This document shows, in pieces, positions 8,818 through 19,541 of a stretch of DNA of 64,000 bases. How positions within the stretch are numbered: the first letter of the stretch is position 1; each line of letters starts with the position of its first letter. The notes under the pieces are model-generated. The model ran no database searches. It was not told the origin of the DNA and saw only the letters and a list, made by a program, of their open reading frames with translations. The stretch lies in the sequence record NC_054915.1; one strand, given 5' to 3'. This DNA is from Escherichia phage vB_EcoM_G8. A program made the position numbers and the translations under genes.

Positions 8818-10137
8818 TCATACATAAAATACATCATAACGACCACGGGTAACACCAACATAAAGAAGTTGTTGGGCCAATTCAGCATCTGCATAATGAA
8901 TACAAGGCGTATAGATGAAAGCACGGTCTACAGACATACCCTGAGCTTTATGGAATGTTGATGCAGGAAGTGCTTTCACTTTACTGAACTGTGATTTAGC
9001 ATCCCAAAAATCACTCCATGGAGCTTTTCCGCCTTTATTCCAATTTTTATAAGTTTCTGCCGTTTTACCTAAAAATAAATTAAACTTATATAGCTCTTCA
9101 TCAGATGAAATTATTTTAATCTTTTCACGATAATATTCATCATCGCCGTAAGTTTCTACTGTTAAATCCCAATGACGAATTAAGTATTCTCCAGAAACAC
9201 CACGAGCTTTAACAAAGGTTGATGTATACTCTGCTTCTATAATACGAACTAATTGTCCGTTATTAAAAATAATTTCTGACACAGGCTTTCCATCAATTTT
9301 ATATGTTTTAATTAATGGTTCCTGCATTACAATAATTTCACCAACAATAAAATCTTTATCAGTTTCAAAAATCTTTTTACGAATAATGCTATTTAACTTG
9401 TCAACAGATTTATTCGTAAATGCCATTACGCGATTTTCAAACAAATCATCTAAAGATTTGACGATTGAAAAATAATTTACCATAAAATCGCGTAAAGCGG
9501 TATCACCAGTAAATCCACGTACTCCATGCCCGTCAACAACTTTATCATAAATCCACTTACCGTTACGAACATCAGTAGCTACATCAATAATAGGAGCATT
9601 ACTGCGTTTAACTTCAGTAAGTTCACACTGATAAAAATCTTTGTGTGTAAAGAATGGACTGATATAAGCAGTGTTTTCTCCTGGGTCAACAGGTCTAATT
9701 TGCTTATTATCGCCTATTCCAATTATAGTACACCACGGCGGGATAGTTGAAAGCAGAATTTTAAATAGCTTTCTATCATACATTGACACTTCGTCGCAGA
9801 TTAATACCCTGCATTTAGCTAAATCTGGTACTTCCTTCTGTTCAAAAAGAACGTTTTCTTCATACGTAACTGGGTTAATTTTAAGAATACTGTGAATAGT
9901 ACTCGCTTCTTTCCCCGACAGTTTTGAAAGAATCTTTTTAGCTGCATGAGTAGGAGCTGCTAAAATAATACCAGTTTCACCCGTAGATATTAAAGCTTCA
10001 ATGATGAACTTAGTAAGAGTAGTCTTACCGGTACCGGCAGGTCCATTAATAGTTACATGGTGTTTCTTTTCTTTAATAGCCTTCATAACAATGTTAAAGG
10101 CATTTTTCTGGCCTTCGGTCAAATCATCAAATGTCAT
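8818..10137 (-). CDS. dda: Dda DNA helicase (SF1B)
   Basis: 439-aa ORF matching remembered T4 Dda almost residue for residue (MTFDDLTEGQKNAFNIVMKAIKEKKHHVTINGPAGTGKTT...). Confidence 0.96.
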   Translation of the reverse strand: MTFDDLTEGQKNAFNIVMKAIKEKKHHVTINGPAGTGKTTLTKFIIEALISTGETGIILAAPTHAAKKILSKLSGKEASTIHSILKINPVTYEENVLFEQKEVPDLAKCRVLICDEVSMYDRKLFKILLSTIPPWCTIIGIGDNKQIRPVDPGENTAYISPFFTHKDFYQCELTEVKRSNAPIIDVATDVRNGKWIYDKVVDGHGVRGFTGDTALRDFMVNYFSIVKSLDDLFENRVMAFTNKSVDKLNSIIRKKIFETDKDFIVGEIIVMQEPLIKTYKIDGKPVSEIIFNNGQLVRIIEAEYTSTFVKARGVSGEYLIRHWDLTVETYGDDEYYREKIKIISSDEELYKFNLFLGKTAETYKNWNKGGKAPWSDFWDAKSQFSKVKALPASTFHKAQGMSVDRAFIYTPCIHYADAELAQQLLYVGVTRGRYDVFYV

Positions 10138-10445
10138 CGTAAATTCCCCGCAATTGGTATACTAACAATACGCCCAGTATCTAAAATTCGCTGATATAAT
10201 CTTTGTGTATCTACATCAGGCTTAACATGTTTAACTTCTATTTTATTAAACCAAAACTTGCGTGGAGTCTCAACTAGTCTTGGAATTCCCATACCTAAAG
10301 CTAGTTTATATTGGTCTTTGAGAGTAGTAAAAACTCTATCAGCAATCTCTCTTTCAAAAAACACAGCAGGACGATGTTCATCAAGTGGAACTGGCGCCGT
10401 AAATCCGTCTTTGTCTCGGTAAACTATCGCGTATACATAAACCAT
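10134..10445 (-). CDS. dda.1-like protein
   Basis: 103-aa ORF in T4 dda.1 position. Confidence 0.55.
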   Translation of the reverse strand: MVYVYAIVYRDKDGFTAPVPLDEHRPAVFFEREIADRVFTTLKDQYKLALGMGIPRLVETPRKFWFNKIEVKHVKPDVDTQRLYQRILDTGRIVSIPIAGNLR

Positions 10446-10446
10446 A

Positions 10447-11193
10447 TTATCCTCGGATAAGTTTAAAAATTGAACAATTTAGCGGGTATCCTCTTTTCAG
10501 TTTAAGTTTATCAATAAAAGACAAGTTTTGATACCGCTCTACACCTTGAATAATTTTATCACACATATCATATTGCATTTCTGCTTCTGACAACTTTTTC
10601 ACAATTTTCCAATCCGAGCCTTTAAGAAGAACGTTCAGTTTAACAACTTCAGCGCCTTCTGCTATGCGAGAACCATCAATACGAGCTTTAAGTGCTATAA
10701 TCCTTAGCTTAATGTCAGAGGTCTGTTTTGATTTAGAAAGCTGAGAAATGTGTTCAATTCGATTTTCACGCTTTTTCTGTATAGCTTTAATTTGATTATA
10801 AGTCTTTTTGATTTTAGCCCATTTCTTTTCATCTAAATTTAGTTTATGAACTTTTTTCGCAGATGAACGACCAATTCGCAAAGCAAATAAATCACGCTTT
10901 TCAATCAACTCTTCTAAAGTATAATCAGAACGAAATGTATTATACTTTTTCTTTACTGCAATAACATTCCCTTTAATGTATCCAACGTTATTATCAAAAC
11001 GTTCTAATGATAATTTCTCTCCTTCAATACGATTATCAAAAGGTTCTCCCGAGTAAGCGCAAACTTTCTGATCTAAAATGTTCTTAATGTAATTGAAGTC
11101 TAAGTTAAAATCTTTAGAACGTCTTTTTGCAGATGCCTGAGTATGCTCTAAACGACGTTTAATTTTACGAATTTGATTATTAGACAGCTTCAT
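10447..11193 (-). CDS. srd: Srd-like protein (T4 srd position; basic protein with HNH-like LERFDNNxGYxKGNV segment)
   Basis: 248-aa ORF between dda.1 and modA as in T4; assignment by position and length. Confidence 0.55.
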   Translation of the reverse strand: MKLSNNQIRKIKRRLEHTQASAKRRSKDFNLDFNYIKNILDQKVCAYSGEPFDNRIEGEKLSLERFDNNVGYIKGNVIAVKKKYNTFRSDYTLEELIEKRDLFALRIGRSSAKKVHKLNLDEKKWAKIKKTYNQIKAIQKKRENRIEHISQLSKSKQTSDIKLRIIALKARIDGSRIAEGAEVVKLNVLLKGSDWKIVKKLSEAEMQYDMCDKIIQGVERYQNLSFIDKLKLKRGYPLNCSIFKLIRG

Positions 11194-11229
11194 ATTTTTC
11201 TCACATCTTACGGACGGTTAACTACTTAT

Positions 11230-11259
11230 ACTATAACATTTTTACCTTAACTTGTAAAC
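11230..11259 (-). promoter_or_regulatory. T4-type early promoter (-10 TATAGT)
   Basis: plus strand actata-18nt-gtaaac upstream of 10447-11193. Confidence 0.55.
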
Positions 11260-11316
11260 AACTTTATGTAAAAATGCTTTAAAACTTTCATGGTATAATG
11301 AATCTAAGTCCTTCCA

Positions 11317-11919
11317 TTATAGATTAAATCCTTCAAAATCAAGAGTATAGATAGTGTATGTTGAATACTTTTTATACTCATATCTATTTGCAATTCTAAA
11401 TACACTTCCAGCTGGTATCATTACTTCTTGTTCATCTGAAACTAATTCCATATTACGATAACGATGGCTATCCGGAAACTTAAAGTTTGGATTGTATTCT
11501 TTACAGCGTAGAGCTTTTATAGCATACTCCTGGAAATTGAATACCATAGGAGCTTTGAATTCAAAAATAACCTGTGTGTTATACTCTAAACCGGAAGCAA
11601 AATGTAGAGCTATATTTTTATCATATGAAGCTGATACGACTTTATCAAATGTAATAATATCAATTCCTTGATTTAACACCTGCTTAGTCTCAGCTGGAAC
11701 ACCTCTCCAAAGAGGTTTATCGTTTGGAACCAAACGAGATTTGATTATTTCATTTAACCAAGTATGGTCATCTGGCTTATTAGTAATACAATGAATTAAA
11801 AGTTCAATTTCAGATAAATTAAACCCTTCAGAAAGTAATTCTTCACGAATAGAAGCACGCACCGATGCATCCATTGATTTTATTTTAAAATCTTTTAGTT
11901 GCATTACTGAGTATTTCAT
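11317..11919 (-). CDS. modA: ADP-ribosyltransferase ModA
   Basis: 200-aa ORF (T4 ModA length) paralogous to adjacent 207-aa ORF. Confidence 0.8.
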   Translation of the reverse strand: MKYSVMQLKDFKIKSMDASVRASIREELLSEGFNLSEIELLIHCITNKPDDHTWLNEIIKSRLVPNDKPLWRGVPAETKQVLNQGIDIITFDKVVSASYDKNIALHFASGLEYNTQVIFEFKAPMVFNFQEYAIKALRCKEYNPNFKFPDSHRYRNMELVSDEQEVMIPAGSVFRIANRYEYKKYSTYTIYTLDFEGFNL

Positions 11920-12539
11920 TCAACTACCTCAATATCATACACTTTAAATGTTCCAAATGAATCGTGTAATTTTTCTTTTGAAATAGAAGTTATTCTATAC
12001 TTTCCAATTGGAATCATCCATTCTTGTTCACGCACAATCATCATTAAGTTATCAGTACGCTCTGAATCTAGCCCATCAGTATCTTCATATGTATACTTAA
12101 ACTCAGTATTAGGAGAAGAAAGTATAATATCGCTGATATGGTCAGAATAATTAAAAGCTTTATCAGTTTTTAAGCGAAGTATTATTTTAGTAAAATATTC
12201 AGCGTAAGAAAAAGAACATGCTGTGAGCAAACTAGTAGTAAATGAATCTACTCTATTCGTTGAAAACACTTCTCCAACTTGTAAATCTTTAATAAGTTCT
12301 TCTGTTGATTTTGATATACCACGATATAACTGATAAGGTGATTTAGTTAAATGCTTTTTAATGATTTTATTCAATTGCCGATGAAGAGCTTCATTCTTTT
12401 TAGCTTCCATACATTGCCAAAGAACAGACTGCTCAAAGTCAGTAAATTTTTCACAGACTTTTTTATACATATCATATTGAAAATCAACGCTTTCAGCTTT
12501 TATAGATAACTGTTCAACATCTGCAAGATTAATAATCAT
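11916..12539 (-). CDS. modB: ADP-ribosyltransferase ModB
   Basis: 207-aa ORF (T4 ModB length); GGAGG RBS; tandem with modA. Confidence 0.8.
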   Translation of the reverse strand: MIINLADVEQLSIKAESVDFQYDMYKKVCEKFTDFEQSVLWQCMEAKKNEALHRQLNKIIKKHLTKSPYQLYRGISKSTEELIKDLQVGEVFSTNRVDSFTTSLLTACSFSYAEYFTKIILRLKTDKAFNYSDHISDIILSSPNTEFKYTYEDTDGLDSERTDNLMMIVREQEWMIPIGKYRITSISKEKLHDSFGTFKVYDIEVVE

Positions 12540-12565
12540 GATAGCCTCCGTATACTTCAGAAGCT

Positions 12566-12595
12566 ATCATATCATCGTTGGGAAGGAAAGTAAAC
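12566..12595 (-). promoter_or_regulatory. T4-type early promoter (-10 TATGAT)
   Basis: plus strand atcata-18nt-gtaaac upstream of modB. Confidence 0.5.
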
Positions 12596-12606
12596 AACTT
12601 TTTGAA

Positions 12607-12789
12607 TTATTTTGCCCAGGGAGCCCAGGGCGGAGGGTCAAGATGGTATGAAGCTAGTTCTTCTAGAAGAGCATCTGGGGCTTCAATTCCATAATTCTGT
12701 AATACTATACGGTACTCTTTCTTATAATCACTGGAATCATTCTGGTTATTCGTAGAATGATTATCTTCTAACATCTCAAATAAATCCAT
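12607..12789 (-). CDS. hypothetical small protein
   Basis: 60-aa ORF. Confidence 0.45.
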   Translation of the reverse strand: MDLFEMLEDNHSTNNQNDSSDYKKEYRIVLQNYGIEAPDALLEELASYHLDPPPWAPWAK

Positions 12790-12797
12790 ATTAATTC

Positions 12798-13268
12798 CTA
12801 GCGATAAAAACCAAATTGACGATTAGCTTCAATAATCTTTCTTTCTTCTTCGGACATTCTCCAGCGTAGTCCAACATCAAAATGAGCCCAGACCATCTTA
12901 ACGAATGCATTTATATCTTTAATATCTTCAATAATGAATGTTTTACTTTTAAAAGGTTGACTCGCTAATTTAACTTTATTATCTTCAAACAGGTCAAAAA
13001 GACCGTATTCATGAGCTCTTTTATAGCCTTTAATAGTTAAAGCCTCAGAAGAAGAAAACGGTGAATCGGTATTATGCAAAATATCTTCAGTATGCTTTAT
13101 AATTAGAATAACATTTTCTGGATATTTTCTTTCTTTTATATCTTTAATTAAACTATCTGGATTTTCTGCTAAAGGAATAATCAATGAGCAATTTTTATCA
13201 AGTGTATTTACTGATTTACCTTCTTTAGACATAAATTCTATTGAATAATGTTTTGCTACTTCAATCAT
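12798..13268 (-). CDS. hypothetical protein
   Basis: 156-aa ORF. Confidence 0.55.
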   Translation of the reverse strand: MIEVAKHYSIEFMSKEGKSVNTLDKNCSLIIPLAENPDSLIKDIKERKYPENVILIIKHTEDILHNTDSPFSSSEALTIKGYKRAHEYGLFDLFEDNKVKLASQPFKSKTFIIEDIKDINAFVKMVWAHFDVGLRWRMSEEERKIIEANRQFGFYR

Positions 13269-13421
13269 GTGATTTCCTTTTGCCTACTAATGGACCGTCA
13301 GGAATTTTGTTTTCCTGAATGTATTTCTCATTTTCTTCCATCATTTTACTACCGATTTTAAGAAGCAAATCTAAGGCTTCATTTGCTTTAGCTTTAGCCT
13401 CTTCTAACGTCATGTTCTTGT

Positions 13422-13625
13422 TCATGATTTATCCCCATAGATGTCTCTCATCAATTTAAGTGCTGAGCGTTCTAATTTCTTTTCTTTCTCGGCACTAATC
13501 ATTGATTTCATCCATTCTTCCGATTCGTTCTGCATTTCTTTATTTGCTTGTTCAACCCAACCATCATCAATGTACATTGAGTTTGGTCTATTGAACCATT
13601 CAAGAATCTTCTTGAGAGCTTTCAT
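13422..13625 (-). CDS. hypothetical small protein
   Basis: 67-aa ORF. Confidence 0.45.
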   Translation of the reverse strand: MKALKKILEWFNRPNSMYIDDGWVEQANKEMQNESEEWMKSMISAEKEKKLERSALKLMRDIYGDKS

Positions 13626-14097
13626 TTATTTTACCTAAAACAATAGTAGGAGCATTGTCAAATTTATGAATTTTTAGCAAATTTGGATTTAAATTATTCC
13701 ATAAAGAGGTAATAAAATATGATAGCGCACTTTCGTCCGTAATTATAAATTTATTTCCTTTATCTATTTTCCAATCATATATTGAATCATATGAATAGAA
13801 GGATAACGGTTTATTATTATAATATGCTTCAGCAACATCAATATAGTTAGATTTAGTAAATGCTTGAATTGCCATAAATGGAGAATTTTGTACAGTTTCA
13901 ATAATTCCGATCTTTTTAAGTTTTATTTCAACATCTTCTGGAATTGGCATTGAAATAAAATCTTCTACTAGATACATGTCATTGTCATATCTTTTATCAA
14001 TCATTACTGCTACGGTAATTGGAACATCCTTGACAAACGCCATACTAATGCTATTGATAGACATTTCAAACAAAATTGCTTCCATAATTTTCCTCAA
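13600..14097 (-). CDS. hypothetical protein
   Basis: 165-aa ORF. Confidence 0.55.
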   Translation of the reverse strand: MRKIMEAILFEMSINSISMAFVKDVPITVAVMIDKRYDNDMYLVEDFISMPIPEDVEIKLKKIGIIETVQNSPFMAIQAFTKSNYIDVAEAYYNNKPLSFYSYDSIYDWKIDKGNKFIITDESALSYFITSLWNNLNPNLLKIHKFDNAPTIVLGKINESSQEDS

Positions 14098-14435
14098 TCA
14101 CAAGATGTAGATGAACAACTAGAATCACAAGAACTTCCACATGAATCGCCCGTCCATACATGAACAGGAACATTTGTATCATATGAATCAGAACTAGACT
14201 GTGTATTCTGTGTGTTAGATGATGTAGTAGGTGTTGACCAGCGCCAAGGATTTTTATAATATTCTTGGGCTTCTTCATAAGTCATAGTAACTGCTTCTAC
14301 TGTTCCATCTCCCATATAAACATATTCAACTACAGTTAAAGGAAGGTAGTCATTTGAAATAGGAACTACACCTTCTCCGGGAGTTGTAGAGAAAAAATCC
14401 GTAAAGAAACTTTTAAACCAATTAAAGATAAACAT
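14094..14435 (-). CDS. hypothetical protein with Ser/Cys-rich C-terminal tail
   Basis: 113-aa ORF; C-terminus [15 protein letters not shown]...[18 protein letters not shown]. Confidence 0.5.
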   Translation of the reverse strand: MFIFNWFKSFFTDFFSTTPGEGVVPISNDYLPLTVVEYVYMGDGTVEAVTMTYEEAQEYYKNPWRWSTPTTSSNTQNTQSSSDSYDTNVPVHVWTGDSCGSSCDSSCSSTSCD

Positions 14436-14647
14436 TACAAAAAGCCTCTTTGAAATTCGACTCTTTGAAATCCACCCCAGTCAGTATATCGCATTTCAGC
14501 ATTGAACTCGACTGAACCATCTGCATGCATCATGAATGAATGCGTGACGACATCACAATCCCAGCTTTTCATACCCCATTTATCAGAGATAGCTTTATCA
14601 AGAACCTTCTGAAGGTCTTCATTCGGTTTAATCCAACGATTTAACAT
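14435..14647 (-). CDS. hypothetical small protein
   Basis: 70-aa ORF, ATGA-type overlap. Confidence 0.5.
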   Translation of the reverse strand: MLNRWIKPNEDLQKVLDKAISDKWGMKSWDCDVVTHSFMMHADGSVEFNAEMRYTDWGGFQRVEFQRGFL

Positions 14648-14716
14648 AGTGCTCTCCTCTATAAGATAATTCTATTATACCACACTCATTTTGATATGTA
14701 AACTGCAAAAACGAAA

Positions 14717-14738
14717 AAGGAACCCCGAAGGATTCCTT
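14717..14738 (-). terminator. C(UUCG)G stem-loop followed by U-run on minus strand, downstream of soc
   Basis: plus strand aaaaaggaacc-ccgaagg-attcctt. Confidence 0.5.
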
Positions 14739-14743
14739 AAATT

Positions 14744-14980
14744 TTAACCACCTATTTCTGTGGGCGTAAACATTGCAGCATTCTTAGTTTTCCAGTCAGC
14801 TGCATCAGAAACTACAGTAGAATATGCCGCCTTTTCAGAAGGAAAGGTCTGATAATGAGAATCTGCAATACGATGCTCGTTAGAATAAATTTCAAACGGA
14901 ACAGAAACTTCCATACCTTTAACTTCTTTGCCTTCACCCGCTGGATGAGTAAAGGTCTTGATGTTAACGAAACCACCCAT
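14744..14980 (-). CDS. soc: small outer capsid protein Soc
   Basis: 78-aa ORF; HYQTFPSEKAAYSTV motif matches remembered T4 Soc; late promoter upstream. Confidence 0.88.
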   Translation of the reverse strand: MGGFVNIKTFTHPAGEGKEVKGMEVSVPFEIYSNEHRIADSHYQTFPSEKAAYSTVVSDAADWKTKNAAMFTPTEIGG

Positions 14981-15010
14981 AATAAACTCCTTTATTGTTT
15001 AATTACAGGT

Positions 15011-15018
15011 GTATTTAT
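15011..15018 (-). promoter_or_regulatory. T4 late promoter TATAAATA for soc
   Basis: plus strand tatttata about 30 nt upstream of soc ATG. Confidence 0.7.
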
Positions 15019-15189
15019 ATCAGTCTTCAATGAAAACTTGTGCCAGGAATTCGTGTTCATCTTGAATTTGTTTATATAAAGCCATTACAGCATTTATATT
15101 AGAGCTATCTACTTTAAGTTGATAAGCATACCACTCGTATAAATTAATTAAAGCTTTTTGACGTCTAATAAATTCTTCTTTGGATATTT

Positions 15190-15402
15190 TCATTTTGAAT
15201 GCTCTATAATTAATTTTAAGGCTTCTTCACTGACAAAAATTTCATCAGGACCTTCTTCTACAACCCAATCAACCCAATCAACCGTACGAAGCTGATTAGA
15301 TAAGAGCTCACATACGAGCTCTTTGTCATAATCTTTAAATAGCTGGTTAATACGTTTCTTGCGGGCTTTCTTAAGTTGGCGTTTATTTAAACGAGCCATC
15401 AA
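15190..15402 (-). CDS. hypothetical basic small protein
   Basis: 70-aa ORF. Confidence 0.5.
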   Translation of the reverse strand: MMARLNKRQLKKARKKRINQLFKDYDKELVCELLSNQLRTVDWVDWVVEEGPDEIFVSEEALKLIIEHSK

Positions 15403-15917
15403 TAACCTCGGTCTTGACGTGAGAAATTTTCGGCATTTTTCAGATAATAAAGTTTAAAGATTTCTTCAGCTGACATTCCAAGAGCAATAAATTTATTCAT
15501 GAAAAAGTGAAATTGGTCAATTAGTTCAAATTTAATTTCAAGTTGATCTTCGGGAGATAAATCTTGAATTTTCTTGGATTGCATTTCAGAATAACGTTTC
15601 TTCCAAGGTTTCCATACAGCAGAAGCTTCTTTTTCACCATTACTCATACCACCAAGAGAAGTATATAGCTCGCGAGTTTCGTCTGCGATATAATCGTCTT
15701 GGTTTCGCAACCAAGCAAGAACTTCTCCTGCAGTTTCAAGTGAATCAGGATGACGATTTGTTTCTGGCTTATCATTAGCCAAACGAATCTGTAAAGACCG
15801 CTGCATATCAAGCATAACCTGCAATGGGTCAATATTGTGCATAATATTCTCAGCATATGCACGAGTTGCTTTATCAACACCTTCGATCAAATGAGCACAT
15901 TCATTAAAGTGAGCCAT
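15399..15917 (-). CDS. 56: dCTP pyrophosphatase gp56 (MazG-like)
   Basis: track ORF 177 aa; start set at internal MAHFNECAHLIEG (171 aa, T4 gp56 length). Confidence 0.88.
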   Translation of the reverse strand: MAHFNECAHLIEGVDKATRAYAENIMHNIDPLQVMLDMQRSLQIRLANDKPETNRHPDSLETAGEVLAWLRNQDDYIADETRELYTSLGGMSNGEKEASAVWKPWKKRYSEMQSKKIQDLSPEDQLEIKFELIDQFHFFMNKFIALGMSAEEIFKLYYLKNAENFSRQDRGY

Positions 15918-15977
15918 TATTTTTCCTTTCAATTCATTAATAAGTTAAATAATTATATCATTTGAGTATGTAAGCAA

Positions 15978-16766
<789 letters not shown>

Positions 16767-16867
16767 TCATTTATTGCAGCAAAAATGAATTATACAATTC
16801 TTCATCATATGTATTTGATAGTAATACTAACACGTTTTGCGATAAATATTAATTTAAAGGAGGACAT

Positions 16868-17068
16868 ATGGTACAAAAATTAATGGCACTTGTTAATGCC
16901 ATAAAAGGTAATAAAAAGCGTATAGCTTTTACTATTTCTGCTATGATAGGAATTTTACTTTGGAATTTTGTTTTATCGCCAGTTGCTATTGCTCATGGCG
17001 TTAGTATTCCAGTAGTTACTCTTGATACATTCGTAGATTTAGCATTTGCTTTAGTTGGGTTAATTTAA
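16868..17068 (+). CDS. small hydrophobic membrane protein on the opposite strand
   Basis: 66-aa ORF with strong RBS aaaggagg 5 nt before ATG; no competing minus-strand ORF in 16758-17064; two predicted TM segments. Confidence 0.5.
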   Translation: MVQKLMALVNAIKGNKKRIAFTISAMIGILLWNFVLSPVAIAHGVSIPVVTLDTFVDLAFALVGLI

Positions 17069-18093
17069 ATCTTAGCATATTTAGATAACCGCATTTTAGC
17101 CATCAACCCCTGGGAAATATTATTTTTCATATATTCCATAATTTGTTCAGGGGTTGCACCTTCCTTTCTAATCATATCATTAACATCTTTTGATTTCCAG
17201 GGGGATTTATCCCAAAACATAACCCTTTCTCCTGCATCAACTAATTTAGTCATTCGCTTAATAGTATCAGGATGACGAGGTTCATTATCTAAAACCCACA
17301 CTCGTCTATCTTTAAATGGAACAACTTCTAGGTCTAATTGACCACCTGTAATAGCTATACCATTTTCAATAAAAAGTGAATCTATAGGTCCTTCTAGAAC
17401 ATATACATCACCATCTTTAACTCGTTCGACTCCATAGATTTTTGTTGCCTCAGGATAAGCTTTGATGGTGATATATTTTTGAGGAGCATCTTTCTTTAAT
17501 GCACGTCCTTGAAAAGACTCAGCTTTTCCATTAGCATTATAAATTGGAATAACAAGACGAGGCTCAGAAATTTCCTTTTTGTATGTTCCCGGTGCTATGC
17601 TATTAACTAATTTAGGCCATTCGGTTGTAAACCAAAGATATTTCCATTTATCCTTTGGAATACAACGAGCTTTTACATATTTTATAATTGGATGATCTTC
17701 CGCCAGTTTATCTAATCTAACACATGACGGAAGAGATTTAATTATTTTCTTCTCGGGTTGTTTAGGAAGTTCTTTAGGTTTTTCTACTGGACGACTTTTA
17801 CCTTTTTCTTTTCTTATTTCAAAGATATACTCACGATATAAATCAGGTTCAAACTCCTTTAAATATATTCCGATTGGTGCATGATAGTTACAGTTATAAC
17901 AATGAATATTTCCTTCATTATTATCACCATAATACCATCCACGGGCTTTATTTTGGTCGGTTTTTGAATCTCCACACACTGGGCATCTAAACCGCAATTT
18001 AAAGGTTGAACTATTATTTACTTGTGTGAATTTAGGTAAATGAGCTAATGCACGGTATGCAAACTCATTATCAATCCAAGGTATTGATGACAT
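17065..18093 (-). CDS. 61: DNA primase gp61
   Basis: 342-aa ORF; zinc-ribbon CPVCGDS...CYNC plus Toprim-like region; T4 gp61 length. Confidence 0.95.
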   Translation of the reverse strand: MSSIPWIDNEFAYRALAHLPKFTQVNNSSTFKLRFRCPVCGDSKTDQNKARGWYYGDNNEGNIHCYNCNYHAPIGIYLKEFEPDLYREYIFEIRKEKGKSRPVEKPKELPKQPEKKIIKSLPSCVRLDKLAEDHPIIKYVKARCIPKDKWKYLWFTTEWPKLVNSIAPGTYKKEISEPRLVIPIYNANGKAESFQGRALKKDAPQKYITIKAYPEATKIYGVERVKDGDVYVLEGPIDSLFIENGIAITGGQLDLEVVPFKDRRVWVLDNEPRHPDTIKRMTKLVDAGERVMFWDKSPWKSKDVNDMIRKEGATPEQIMEYMKNNISQGLMAKMRLSKYAKI

Positions 18094-18095
18094 TT

Positions 18096-18260
18096 TTACT
18101 CTTCTTTTTCTTTAGATTCCTCTTTTTTCTTTTTAGGAATCTGCTCAGGACCTTTATTTACTACAGCGCCTGATGTTGTTCCAGTAGAGATATTTTCAGG
18201 ACTACCGCCTGAATCTCCAGCGACCATATCTTCTTTGATAAATTCTTTATATGTTTTCAT
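18096..18260 (-). CDS. 61.1-like small acidic/lysine-rich protein (54 aa), not in track
   Basis: hand translation MKTYKEFIKEDMVAGDSGGSPEN...; coordinates approximate. Confidence 0.4.
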   Translation of the reverse strand: MKTYKEFIKEDMVAGDSGGSPENISTGTTSGAVVNKGPEQIPKKKKEESKEKEE

Positions 18261-18261
18261 A

Positions 18262-18888
18262 TTAACCTCTATTCATAAAAGCATTAAAAATTTGGTCATC
18301 AATAGAAACATTTACTTTAGACTGTTTTTCGGATGGTAATTCATATCCACATATTACAATTTTGTGATCAATATCAAAATACACAGAAGCAATATGATTA
18401 ATGCTGTTTTCAGTAAAGTCTAAATCAACATCAATATCTTTTTGACCAAAGCCCAAAGGATAAATAATGCGAGTAATTCGATTATCTTTAACAAAGATTC
18501 CACCGACATACTCTGTACTGCGTTTAAAGTCTACACGCCGACGAAATGAAAAATATTCAGGCTCTTTATGAGCTCGGCTCATAGGGCACAACGAATAACT
18601 AGAATAAGAGATGTCAAATCCTACGCCTTCAATATGAACTAAATTGTCATGATTAAACCAATTATAATCATATGCCAAGTCCATTAGATTGTCATATGTG
18701 AAAGGCACCGGATTAACATCATTGGTCACAAGCATATAATTAGCAACTGCTATAATTTCATTATTTTTAACGAATACAAACCGTGATTGATGCGAATGGC
18801 CTGGACCTGCGTTTTCACGATTAATGATATAACACTGGGCACCTTTATATTTGTACGTGTCTTTACACTTGTGCATTTGATAAAACAT
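18262..18888 (-). CDS. gp61.2-like protein (reported anti-DarT factor AdfA homolog in T-even phages)
   Basis: 208-aa ORF in T4 61.2 position; function assignment from literature recall only. Confidence 0.6.
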   Translation of the reverse strand: MFYQMHKCKDTYKYKGAQCYIINRENAGPGHSHQSRFVFVKNNEIIAVANYMLVTNDVNPVPFTYDNLMDLAYDYNWFNHDNLVHIEGVGFDISYSSYSLCPMSRAHKEPEYFSFRRRVDFKRSTEYVGGIFVKDNRITRIIYPLGFGQKDIDVDLDFTENSINHIASVYFDIDHKIVICGYELPSEKQSKVNVSIDDQIFNAFMNRG

Positions 18889-19181
18889 TATTCACCTACC
18901 ACTTCAGCAATGATATTTTTGTTATTAAAGTTTTTATCGCAATACAGAACATAATTATACTGCATTACACCACCAGACTTAAGCTGTTTTTGCACTTCAG
19001 CTTTCATTTCAGGACGATCGCGCTCAACGATATTCATAATATCTGCTTCAATTTGGGTTTCAACCTCAGTCTGATCAGCAGTCATAGACCATTCGCACAA
19101 ATCTTTATCATAACCTGCCATAGCAGGCTGAGCAGCACAAGAAGCTAAAGCAAAAATTGTAGCAAAGATAAATTTTTTCAT
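18888..19181 (-). CDS. sp: Spackle periplasmic protein (superinfection exclusion, gp5 lysozyme inhibitor)
   Basis: 97-aa ORF with signal peptide, T4 Sp length and position. Confidence 0.8.
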   Translation of the reverse strand: MKKFIFATIFALASCAAQPAMAGYDKDLCEWSMTADQTEVETQIEADIMNIVERDRPEMKAEVQKQLKSGGVMQYNYVLYCDKNFNNKNIIAEVVGE

Positions 19182-19208
19182 GATAATCTCCTCAGTAGTT
19201 TATGTTTA

Positions 19209-19239
19209 TATAGTATCTCAATTTCCAACAAAAGTAAAC
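19209..19239 (-). promoter_or_regulatory. T4-type early promoter for sp
   Basis: plus strand atagta-18nt-gtaaac; GGAG RBS downstream. Confidence 0.6.
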
Positions 19240-19241
19240 AG

Positions 19242-19541
19242 TTATTTTAAAACTTCTGCATAATCACATGTTACAAACTGTTTCTCTAGCTTGACGATTT
19301 TACGAAAGTATCTTTTGCATTGACGAATCTGCCGCTTCGTAGGACGTACAGCAAACTTAATAAATTCCACTCGACCAAATGGAGGACTTTCTTCTGCTGG
19401 AATATCTAACACCAATTCCCACGTATCTGCAACAAGTGCTTTGAATTGCGTATTTTTCCTGACGTTATACGGAGTAGGTTTAAATAAAACAATATGCATA
19501 TTATCCTCGGCAATCCACTTCACATACTTTCTTGTCATCAA
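19242..19541 (-). CDS. gp61.4-like protein
   Basis: 99-aa ORF. Confidence 0.5.
   Translation of the reverse strand: MMTRKYVKWIAEDNMHIVLFKPTPYNVRKNTQFKALVADTWELVLDIPAEESPPFGRVEFIKFAVRPTKRQIRQCKRYFRKIVKLEKQFVTCDYAEVLK

Noticed and set aside
15644-15880. Minus-strand 78-aa ORF inside gene 56
   Set aside because: Alternate frame within a conserved gene; hydrophobic low-complexity translation.
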